This document shows positions 1-6,714 of a stretch of 36,371 nucleotides of DNA, piece after piece. This stretch comes from an uncultured Candidatus Saccharibacteria bacterium. GTDB lineage: Bacteria > Patescibacteriota > Minisyncoccia > Phycocordibacterales > CALRHW01. Made by a program: the position numbers and the translations under genes. Each line of letters begins with the position of its first letter. Position 1 is the stretch's first letter. Location of the stretch: assembly GCA_964390845.1 (NCBI GenBank), contig CAYMIL010000001.1:254345-290715 (forward strand). Direction: 5' to 3'. The notes under the pieces are model-generated. The model was not told where the DNA came from. It saw nothing but the letters and a program-made list of their open reading frames with translations, and did no database searches.

Positions 1-1111
1 GGAAGGTAGAGGCTGTTGATGATGTTGCGGTGAAGTATGAGGCGACGACTTGGCCCAATACTGAAAGTGGTGCATACGGAGAAGATGTCCCAATACCAAC
101 ATTCCCTTGGAAATAATTTTGACCTCCAGATGACCAGATTCCATAACCAGAAGAGTTGTTTTGCTGCGCAAAGATAGCATATCCACTTGAAGAATTGTTT
201 TGACCCAATATTCCATACGTAGATCCGAAAGAACTTATTCCAGCACCAGAAGACGTGTCTACGACACTCGCGCTATTTCCCGAACCATCTGAAACATGAA
301 GGCCTCTTTGGTCATCAATATCGGCTATTTCAATCAAATATTCACCTTCAGCAACCGTAAGTTTTGACGATGCAGAAAGCGTGCCGACCGTGGTCGTACC
401 CATAAAATAATTGGTTGCGTTTGTAGATGTTGCATAAAAATTATTTGCAACAACATTTCCAGCAACAGCAAACTTTGCATACGGCGTAGAGGTACCCACA
501 CCAACATTTCCGTTACTCAACAGCGCAAGCACTGACGCCGAACTCTGGCCAATAAATTCGGCAATTTTTCCGGCACCGCTTTGCACAATAGACAAGAAGG
601 TACTTGATGTTGATGTGGCATTTTGTGCGTCAGCTCGCAAGAACTGCTCGCTTGAAAGGCCGTCTATAGTATCCGCAACAAATGCCGCTGGCACCGCCCC
701 AAGTTTCTTTCGGGGTGTCATTTCACCATCCCACGACGGCGAACCGCTTGAACCTCCAATCTCAACACCAAGATACAGTGTTTGGTTGAAATCAACACCA
801 GTAAGTGGCGTAGAACTTCCAAGTAACACGCTAAAGAGGCCGCTCGTCACGGTAACCCTGTCGCCCGCCGCCGTACTTCTGTCTTCGGTCCACACCGGAG
901 AACCACCAGTTTCTGTTGTATACAACTTGAAACGCATGTGGTACACACCGTCAGTCACGGCGACATTACTTGAATCTGTGAGTTTTCCCTGATAGTTGAT
1001 CTGTGGGTTAAACGCCGCGCGCGCAACTGTGGTTACACCACATACACCCACAACAAACACAGCTACCATAAGAGCCCACACTATTCTTTTTTTATTGATA
1101 AAGAAACTCAT
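1..1111 (-). CDS. Large secreted Gly/Ser/Thr/Asn-rich repeat surface protein, N-terminal 370 codons (3' end runs off the window)
   Basis: Absent from the supplied track because there is no in-window stop. Hand translation from ATG 1111-1109 gives MSFFINKKKNMWALMVAVFVVGVCGVTTVARAAFNPQINYQGKLTDSSNVAVTDGVYHMRFKLYTTETGG... and stays open to nt 2. It has an N-terminal signal/anchor helix. The motif GNVG[VI]GTS[TS]PY occurs twice (SNGNVGVGTSTPYAKF, FQGNVGIGTSSPYAPL). It starts 8 nt after the stop of 1120..2658. Confidence 0.6.
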   Translation of the reverse strand, partial: MSFFINKKRIVWALMVAVFVVGVCGVTTVARAAFNPQINYQGKLTDSSNVAVTDGVYHMRFKLYTTETGGSPVWTEDRSTAAGDRVTVTSGLFSVLLGSSTPLTGVDFNQTLYLGVEIGGSSGSPSWDGEMTPRKKLGAVPAAFVADTIDGLSSEQFLRADAQNATSTSSTFLSIVQSGAGKIAEFIGQSSASVLALLSNGNVGVGTSTPYAKFAVAGNVVANNFYATSTNATNYFMGTTTVGTLSASSKLTVAEGEYLIEIADIDDQRGLHVSDGSGNSASVVDTSSGAGISSFGSTYGILGQNNSSSGYAIFAQQNNSSGYGIWSSGGQNYFQGNVGIGTSSPYAPLSVLGQVVASYFTATSSTASTF

Positions 1112-1119
1112 ATACGATC

Positions 1120-2658
1120 TTAATTTCGAATGCGTTTAATATCGCGAACGAAATGTATGATCAGAAGAACAAGAAGAACAAAGATCAAACCGACAATCCC
1201 ATACTTCATAACAGTGAACATATCTGCGTCTGCGCTGAGCGCAGGCATCACCGACACAATAGCTCCTGCTAGTTTTTTAAGACCTTGGTTTTTGTGATCG
1301 ATAATCGCAATACCAAACTCAAATGTTCCCGATCGACCCAACGGAGCTATTACCGCCTCATACGCCGTCTTGTCTTTGTTTACCCGAAGCAAAAAAGAAA
1401 ATGTTTTTGTCGAGTCCTCAGCGTCACGGAGCGTAATCGTAATTGTTTTGAGCACCTCTGGCACTTTGTCATATTCAAGAGCAATTCTCAGTTGTCGATC
1501 ACCTTGAATGTTGACCATAGCACCATCCACATTCAGCCGTTTACCATTTTGGAAGAAGTCGATATCAAGTAAGGTCAACTTCTGAATAAGTGGGTGTACC
1601 AGTGACGAAGCGAGTTCAGCGATACCACCATAAAGGTCTTCTTGCTCAACCGGCTCCCCTGGCTTGTGGAGCTTTTCACGCGTTACAGCACCAGATGAAT
1701 AGTTGCCATATGCATCCTTCACAAACACTCCGTAGTAGTAATATCTTCCGTATTCAACATCCGTGTCCACAAACTTTTCTGCAGTTCCTTCATACACTAC
1801 ATGCCCGTCCCATATGTCCTGCGGGTAGAATGCTTCCGATTTGACGATGCGCACTGAGTCAAAGTCAATCGATGGATTGTTCCATGTGAGGACAATTGTA
1901 TTCTCGTTGCCTACAGCGTGGAGGTTTGTAACGTTTGTAGGCGGAATGAGATCTGGTAGTGATACTGTCGTAAACTGCTGATGTTCAAGAACAAGTATGC
2001 GCCCCTGCGCGTCGGTAAGTGCAATATGGAAGTAATACGTCGTACCTGGATTTAAGTGCTCAAGTGAAACAGTGTGTGCTTTTTTCAATACCCCTGAGGC
2101 AACACTACCGATTTCATAATCTGGGGTCGTGCCCCACATTACGACTGAGTATGTGTAGAGATTAGTCTGAAAACTAATCTGCGCCTCGGCGAGTCCCGCT
2201 TCAACAGAAAGTCCGATAAGCTCAAGACCAACCGTACCGCCACCAACTGTTTCTGATGGTGGATTTTCTGGAGGAATCGGAAGCGTTGTCGCTGTCGCTG
2301 TTGCTGACTGAGCGGATATATTGAACGCGCCGTCAAACGCCGTCACTGTATAACTATAGAGTGTGTTCGGCGCGAGACCTGTGTCTGAATAGAAAGCGCT
2401 TGATGATGTGGCAATGAACACTGAATCTCGAAATACCTGATATCCCGTAACCGCCGCATTGTCTGTAGACGGTGTCCACGTCACATCTATCTGTGATGTC
2501 GAGACAGCTGTTGCTGCAAGACCCGTTGGTACGGAAGGAGCATCCGTATCTGTCAGAATAATATTCTGATGAACTTCGAATGTATCCTCAACAGCGTATC
2601 CCGCGTGGGCCGCCACAAAAATACACGATGCGATAAGGATAAATGAAAGATATTTCAT
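1120..2658 (-). CDS. Fibronectin type III repeat surface protein with signal peptide and C-terminal TM anchor
   Basis: 512-aa ORF. Signal peptide MKYLSFILIASCIFVAAHAGYA. FN3-like module PSVPTGLAATAVSTSQIDVTWTPSTDNAAVTGYQVFRD...YSYTVTAFD, plus two further FN3-like W/Y-pattern modules. C-terminal helix and basic tail: YGIVGLIFVLLVLLIIHFVRDIKRIRN. Confidence 0.7.
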   Translation of the reverse strand: MKYLSFILIASCIFVAAHAGYAVEDTFEVHQNIILTDTDAPSVPTGLAATAVSTSQIDVTWTPSTDNAAVTGYQVFRDSVFIATSSSAFYSDTGLAPNTLYSYTVTAFDGAFNISAQSATATATTLPIPPENPPSETVGGGTVGLELIGLSVEAGLAEAQISFQTNLYTYSVVMWGTTPDYEIGSVASGVLKKAHTVSLEHLNPGTTYYFHIALTDAQGRILVLEHQQFTTVSLPDLIPPTNVTNLHAVGNENTIVLTWNNPSIDFDSVRIVKSEAFYPQDIWDGHVVYEGTAEKFVDTDVEYGRYYYYGVFVKDAYGNYSSGAVTREKLHKPGEPVEQEDLYGGIAELASSLVHPLIQKLTLLDIDFFQNGKRLNVDGAMVNIQGDRQLRIALEYDKVPEVLKTITITLRDAEDSTKTFSFLLRVNKDKTAYEAVIAPLGRSGTFEFGIAIIDHKNQGLKKLAGAIVSVMPALSADADMFTVMKYGIVGLIFVLLVLLIIHFVRDIKRIRN

Positions 2659-2667
2659 GAAGTGCCG

Positions 2668-3444
2668 CTAGAGCGCTATGGCTGTTACTGTTGTCGTTGC
2701 CGTATAGTCTCCTGCTGACTGAACATGTGAAGAACCTGAAACTACCCGAAACTTAAGCACTGTCGCGGTACCCGCAGGGTGATTTGCTGACATACTCTGG
2801 CTCACGGTCTTGTTTGTTGTAGAAAGACCATCCCAACATTTGTCTGGTGTGTCAGATCCCCCAACCTGATCACACAAAAACCCGTCGTCGAGATACCTCT
2901 GCACAATGTCTGCGCCCTCTGGGCTAAATCCAAACTCTGCGTCTGTCGAAGCAACAGAAAACGTAAGGTCGGGACTTGCGCCCGCTGGGGTGTAATCACT
3001 AATTGACCCTCCACCACCCTCTCTCTGCATTGCAGGAGAAGAACTCGCTTTTACAAGAAGCTCGTATCCCGCAGAACTGTCGGTAGTAACCGTCACAATA
3101 GTTGAACCATCTGATGTGCCACCACTCAATCCTCCGATAGACGGACTCATCGTTACATCTCCAGATACAGACACTGCAACATACACTTCCTGCATCTGTT
3201 GATACCCCGCCTTGAGCTTGTATGACGCGCTTGAAGAATTACCTGTTGCGACTTCACCGAGCGTGTCCTCTATTGAATAACTCGTTGATGTGCCAAGCTC
3301 TCCACCAAAATTCACGCTATCGCTCTGGATCGAATAACTTGCACTATCCATAGATGCATCAGATATGTGGGCAGATACAAGAAGTGCTCCACATACAATC
3401 ACACATACACCGAGTACACGATATGTTCTACGAGCGTGGGTCAT
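2668..3444 (-). CDS. Secreted beta-rich surface protein, WxL-like (Trp-less) paralogue 2
   Basis: 258-aa ORF with a signal peptide. Threefold S-x-S-Y-x-[IL] motif near the N-terminus (SASYSIQ, STSYSIE, SASYKLK). Internal strand SAGYELLVKASSSPAMQREGGGGSISDYTP. C-terminal alternating strand AGDYTATTTVTAIAL. Paralogous to 4432..5121. Confidence 0.55.
   Translation of the reverse strand: MTHARRTYRVLGVCVIVCGALLVSAHISDASMDSASYSIQSDSVNFGGELGTSTSYSIEDTLGEVATGNSSSASYKLKAGYQQMQEVYVAVSVSGDVTMSPSIGGLSGGTSDGSTIVTVTTDSSAGYELLVKASSSPAMQREGGGGSISDYTPAGASPDLTFSVASTDAEFGFSPEGADIVQRYLDDGFLCDQVGGSDTPDKCWDGLSTTNKTVSQSMSANHPAGTATVLKFRVVSGSSHVQSAGDYTATTTVTAIAL
3011..3048. repeat. 38-nt block identical to 4793..4830 (copy 1)
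   Basis: The sequence ccaccaccctctctctgcattgcaggagaagaactcgc is present at both sites. It encodes ASSSPAMQREGGG in both paralogues, and the flanking codons differ at synonymous sites. Confidence 0.9.
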
Positions 3445-3450
3445 GAAGTC

Positions 3451-4422
3451 TTACTTTCTCTTAATCTCAAACCGAGTGACAATATATCTAAGTACAAGAA
3501 GAAGCCCCGCGATTCCAACAATCACTACAGCAACAAGTTTTACTGGAATGACCCAGAACGTTACCTGTCGTGTATCAATGATGTCGTTATATCCTCTATT
3601 AATAGAGGCTGTCGCTGTGTAGCGTCCGAGTAAAAAGCCTGGATTCCACTCAACTTCTCGAGTGCGAAATGTTCCTGGCATTGCAAACCACGGACTTACA
3701 TCGACAGCACCAACTTCTTTACCAAACATATTGGTAACACGAATCTCTCCATACGGATTTACGTGTACGCTTCCTGTGTTGTGATACACAAGATGAAATG
3801 GAATTGGTGCGGTATCAAACGCACTTTGATTTCGCGCCGTCGTAAATTCCGTCAACGCACCCTCTGCGTGCACAGGACCTTTTACCCGAATAAAGAACAA
3901 TGTACCTATTCGAGCAACAATTGCATTTGATGCTGGTGCGCCGCTAGACGCAGACTTTGAGACCGTACTTGAAAGCACAGAACCATACAATCCCCCTGGT
4001 TCTGCATCAGCGGGTACAAAGACTGTAACTGGCACCACCGCTCGCTGACCCTGCTTAAGCTCAAAACTTTTCTGTGAGACAGAAAGGTAGTCTCTAAGCG
4101 AATATGGGCCACGGGCATCTCCCAACAATGTAACGGGTGATTCAGGATTATCTGATCCAACAAAATCTTCTATATCGAGATTAAAGATTCTGTCATCACC
4201 CATTCTGTTGGTAACCATGAGGTTTACCACTTTTGTTTCGCCCGGATTCATTTCGAGCTCAACTTTGCCTGGACCGACAACGAAATCGCCAAATACCTCA
4301 TCTGGATTTGGAATTGTTTCGATCGTATACGCAGACACGAATGAACAAGGAACTGCGAGACCTGCAACCATAACCATCGCCACGGTGATACCGAATATTA
4401 AGTTGTTTCGTGTAGCCGACAT
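3451..4422 (-). CDS. Membrane-anchored cell-surface protein with DUF916/DUF3324-like architecture
   Basis: 323-aa ORF. Signal peptide, then GPGKVELEMNPGETKVVNLMVTNRMGDDRIFNLDIEDF (an Ig-like strand pattern typical of the N-terminal domain of that family). A second beta domain ends in GRYTATASI. C-terminal TM helix and basic tail: VKLVAVVIVGIAGLLLVLRYIVTRFEIKRK. Confidence 0.5.
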   Translation of the reverse strand: MSATRNNLIFGITVAMVMVAGLAVPCSFVSAYTIETIPNPDEVFGDFVVGPGKVELEMNPGETKVVNLMVTNRMGDDRIFNLDIEDFVGSDNPESPVTLLGDARGPYSLRDYLSVSQKSFELKQGQRAVVPVTVFVPADAEPGGLYGSVLSSTVSKSASSGAPASNAIVARIGTLFFIRVKGPVHAEGALTEFTTARNQSAFDTAPIPFHLVYHNTGSVHVNPYGEIRVTNMFGKEVGAVDVSPWFAMPGTFRTREVEWNPGFLLGRYTATASINRGYNDIIDTRQVTFWVIPVKLVAVVIVGIAGLLLVLRYIVTRFEIKRK

Positions 4423-4431
4423 TTCAGTAAA

Positions 4432-5121
4432 TTAATTTGTTGTCGCTGTTAATGTCGTCGTCGCGGTATATGTTCCAGAAGCCTTACCAGAACCGCTATT
4501 TAGGAAGGTTCTAAAGACCATTGTAGACGTAGCACCCGATGCCGCCGTTGCGCCCGTCGTGACGATTGTTGAGGTTGCCGTTGTAGAGAGACCCATCCAA
4601 CATGATGCTGAGGAGCTTGTGTCAACACCGCCCGACCAGTTGCATGTTGAAAAACCATCGTCCTTAAACTTTTGAGCAAGCTCACCTGTTGTACTCGCAG
4701 ATACCGTGAATCCAAATTCAGCTCCCGAAGGTACTGAAAATGTGTAGTCAGGAATACCTGCTGTTGCTGGTGTGTAATCATTTATTGAATCACCACCACC
4801 CTCTCTCTGCATTGCAGGAGAAGAACTCGCCTGTACTGTCATCGTAAACCCAAGATTGTTGTTCGTTGCGACGCGGACACTTGTTGTCCCGTATGCAGAA
4901 CCTCCAGTCGTACCGGCGATAGAACCGTTCATTGTCACGTCACTTGCAGGTGCCGCGAATGAAATCTCCGCTGTGATTGTTTGATGAATCTCGAACTGAT
5001 CTTCCGCTGATGCCGAGCGTCCGAGAGTAGGCTCGACAGCCGCAAAACCAACCGAGAGGATAAGTGTCAAAAAGACACTCGTCGCAATCGCTCGTCTTGC
5101 ATCTGTAATTTTCATAATCAT
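4432..5121 (-). CDS. Secreted beta-rich surface protein, WxL-like (Trp-less) paralogue 1
   Basis: The track ORF 4432..5142 begins at a TTG. ATGs at 5121 and 5115 (MIMKITDARRAIATSVFLTLILSVGFAAV...) are more plausible starts, and 5115 is the alternative. Internal strand LGFTMTVQASSSPAMQREGGGDSINDYTP. C-terminal strand SGTYTATTTLTATTN. Confidence 0.55.
   Translation of the reverse strand: MIMKITDARRAIATSVFLTLILSVGFAAVEPTLGRSASAEDQFEIHQTITAEISFAAPASDVTMNGSIAGTTGGSAYGTTSVRVATNNNLGFTMTVQASSSPAMQREGGGDSINDYTPATAGIPDYTFSVPSGAEFGFTVSASTTGELAQKFKDDGFSTCNWSGGVDTSSSASCWMGLSTTATSTIVTTGATAASGATSTMVFRTFLNSGSGKASGTYTATTTLTATTN
4793..4830. repeat. 38-nt block identical to 3011..3048 (copy 2)
   Basis: Same 38-mer, read directly from the sequence. 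Confidence 0.9.
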
Positions 5122-5178
5122 ACCTTTGTAATTAATTAACAAAACTCACCTTGATAAATAATTGTTCGACCTTTCAGG

Positions 5179-5233
5179 CCAGTGCGCCTGTCCTCGAAGC
5201 TCCCCACGGAAGCGCCGAGGACAAGTGCACTGG
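5179..5233 (-). other. Long GC-rich imperfect inverted repeat (RNA hairpin or protein-binding site) between the regulator gene and the surface operon
   Basis: The arms ccagtgcgcctgtcctcg (5179-5196) and cgaggacaagtgcactgg (5216-5233) pair over 18 positions, with one A.C mismatch and one G.U wobble. The 19-nt spacer can itself pair (gcttcc/ggGagc). No U-tract follows on the minus strand. Confidence 0.6.
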
Positions 5234-5238
5234 AGTTA

Positions 5239-6144
5239 TTAATCGCCCGGAGCACGTGACACACCATCATCGACAGGCACGAGTACGTACACATAATCGC
5301 CACCATCCTGTGTATGCTTAAAGACAGGCTGAATAACTCCTGATGTTCCTGTTTCGTCTGGTATCACTCGCGTCTCATCCGAAAACGCATTTTTAATCTT
5401 TTGCTTTGTTTTTTCGTCGGTAGCTTGGTCGCCAGAACTTGGGACAACCGCAATGCCAAAATTATTTTTTTCTCCGGTAACGACAGTGTCGAGATGTGTT
5501 GTGTCACGCACAACGAGAGTTTGTGATGTATTTGTGTTGAAGATTCGAGAAAGAGTTTTGTACGTACCGAGTGCTGTTGTGTTTAGAAATCGTGCGAACA
5601 TTCCAAGTGTACGATCTGTGAAGTATGCAGTCTTTCCCATTGGAGATGTTGCGGAAGATTCTTCAACAAGCGCAACGTATCGAGTAACATCAGAGGCAAC
5701 GTGCGCGACGAGATTTCGATTAAACGTAATCGTGTTTTCTGCAAATTCAGCAACACGGATCTGTGTTGTTGGATTGTAGGTCATCATGGCAACAAAGACG
5801 ATACATGCAATAGCGGGCACGATAGCAATGTACGAAATCGCACGACGCACCCTTTCGTCAAACACGGACGGCAGAGAGATTGACGCCTGCACGACCACTG
5901 GCTCATGTTTTGATGTTGATGGAGAACCTGGAAAATAAATAATTCCCCGAGGTTTTTCTGAACTACTTTTTTGATGCTGGAGAAGTGACTCTTCGCTTAC
6001 AAACCAGCTCCTTCCAACAAGTCTGCAGTCGAGTTTTTCTTTTCGGCAGAGTTGTCCGATATAATCCGAATTATAGCCACTAATTTGTGAAGCTCGTCTA
6101 GCCGAGATATATTTTTTTCCTTCAAAATAGAGCTCACTGTTCAT
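5239..6144 (-). CDS. Membrane-tethered protein: N-terminal HTH-like domain, one TM helix, ~175-aa extracytoplasmic domain
   Basis: The track ORF is 5239..6150. A TATAAT at 6153-6158 lies only 2 nt from ATG 6150 but 8 nt from ATG 6144, so 6144 is preferred. N-terminus KYISARRASQISGYNSDYIGQLCRKEKLDCRLVGRSWFVSEESL looks like a MerR/excisionase-type HTH. TM segment AISYIAIVPAIACIVFVAMMTY. Confidence 0.6.
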   Translation of the reverse strand: MNSELYFEGKKYISARRASQISGYNSDYIGQLCRKEKLDCRLVGRSWFVSEESLLQHQKSSSEKPRGIIYFPGSPSTSKHEPVVVQASISLPSVFDERVRRAISYIAIVPAIACIVFVAMMTYNPTTQIRVAEFAENTITFNRNLVAHVASDVTRYVALVEESSATSPMGKTAYFTDRTLGMFARFLNTTALGTYKTLSRIFNTNTSQTLVVRDTTHLDTVVTGEKNNFGIAVVPSSGDQATDEKTKQKIKNAFSDETRVIPDETGTSGVIQPVFKHTQDGGDYVYVLVPVDDGVSRAPGD

Positions 6145-6211
6145 TTGCATTAATTATATCTTTTCAAGCACGACAAATGAACGTTTTTTTGGGGATAACA
6201 ACACGATTTTT

Positions 6212-6232
6212 TGTAGCAAAAATATTGCTACA
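6212..6232. promoter_or_regulatory. Perfect palindrome TGTAGCAA-n5-TTGCTACA in the divergent intergenic region
   Basis: 8-bp arms at 6212-6219 and 6225-6232, read from the sequence. Candidate operator. Confidence 0.4.
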
Positions 6233-6403
6233 TTTTTTATTCAAAATACATGGTCGCTCTTAAAAAATACCTGCAGATACTCTTTTTTCTAAACCTGCCA
6301 AAAGTAGTTTTTACATTCGGATCAATGCACGCTCAAACACAACAAGACCTGCGCTATGCGTACACTACCTAATCGATACAAAAGTTATCAACACTTTTAA
6401 ACA

Positions 6404-6432
6404 TTGATAAAGCATACAAACTTTACTACAAT
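6404..6432 (+). promoter_or_regulatory. Sigma-70-type promoter for 6472..6714
   Basis: TTGATA (6404-6409), 17-nt spacer, TACAAT (6427-6432). The -35 lies in the right arm of the inverted repeat TTATCAA(6385-6391)/TTGATAA(6404-6410). A tandem GTTTAGTAA x2 (6442-6450, 6452-6460) lies between the -10 and the ATG. Confidence 0.6.
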
Positions 6433-6471
6433 TTAAATAACGTTTAGTAATGTTTAGTAAACTTAAATCCA

Positions 6472-6714
6472 ATGAGTGATTCGTTCCTAACAATCAAACA
6501 AGTAGCCAAAATTTTGGGAGTAACACCTCTCACTCTACGTAATTGGGACAAGAATGGAAAGTTTGAAGCGGGCAGACACCCTATCAACAACTACCGTGTA
6601 TACCGACGATCAGATGTTGAGGCGTTTATAGAAAAAATGGGCGCAAAAAACTCGACAACACGAAAGATGAAAAATCAAGTGAAAAAACTTGATGTACTAC
6701 ACCTCGAAGACTAG
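6472..6714 (+). CDS. Small MerR/excisionase-type helix-turn-helix DNA-binding protein
   Basis: 80-aa ORF and the only credible plus-strand gene. LTIKQVAKILGVTPLTLRNWDKNGKFEAGRHPINNYRVYRRSDVEAF matches the MerR-family N-terminal HTH pattern (TLRxW...G...R....R.Y). Confidence 0.7.
   Translation: MSDSFLTIKQVAKILGVTPLTLRNWDKNGKFEAGRHPINNYRVYRRSDVEAFIEKMGAKNSTTRKMKNQVKKLDVLHLED

Noticed and set aside
615-992. Plus-strand 125-aa ORF from the track.
   Set aside because: It lies entirely antisense to the open minus-strand frame that starts at ATG 1111, which has a signal peptide and repeat motifs. The plus-strand ORF has Pro/Ser-rich junk composition and no start signals.
6250-6372. 40-codon plus-strand mini-ORF as a confident gene call.
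   Set aside because: It has no convincing promoter, SD or leaderless geometry, so it is kept only as a low-weight note within the intergenic-region finding.
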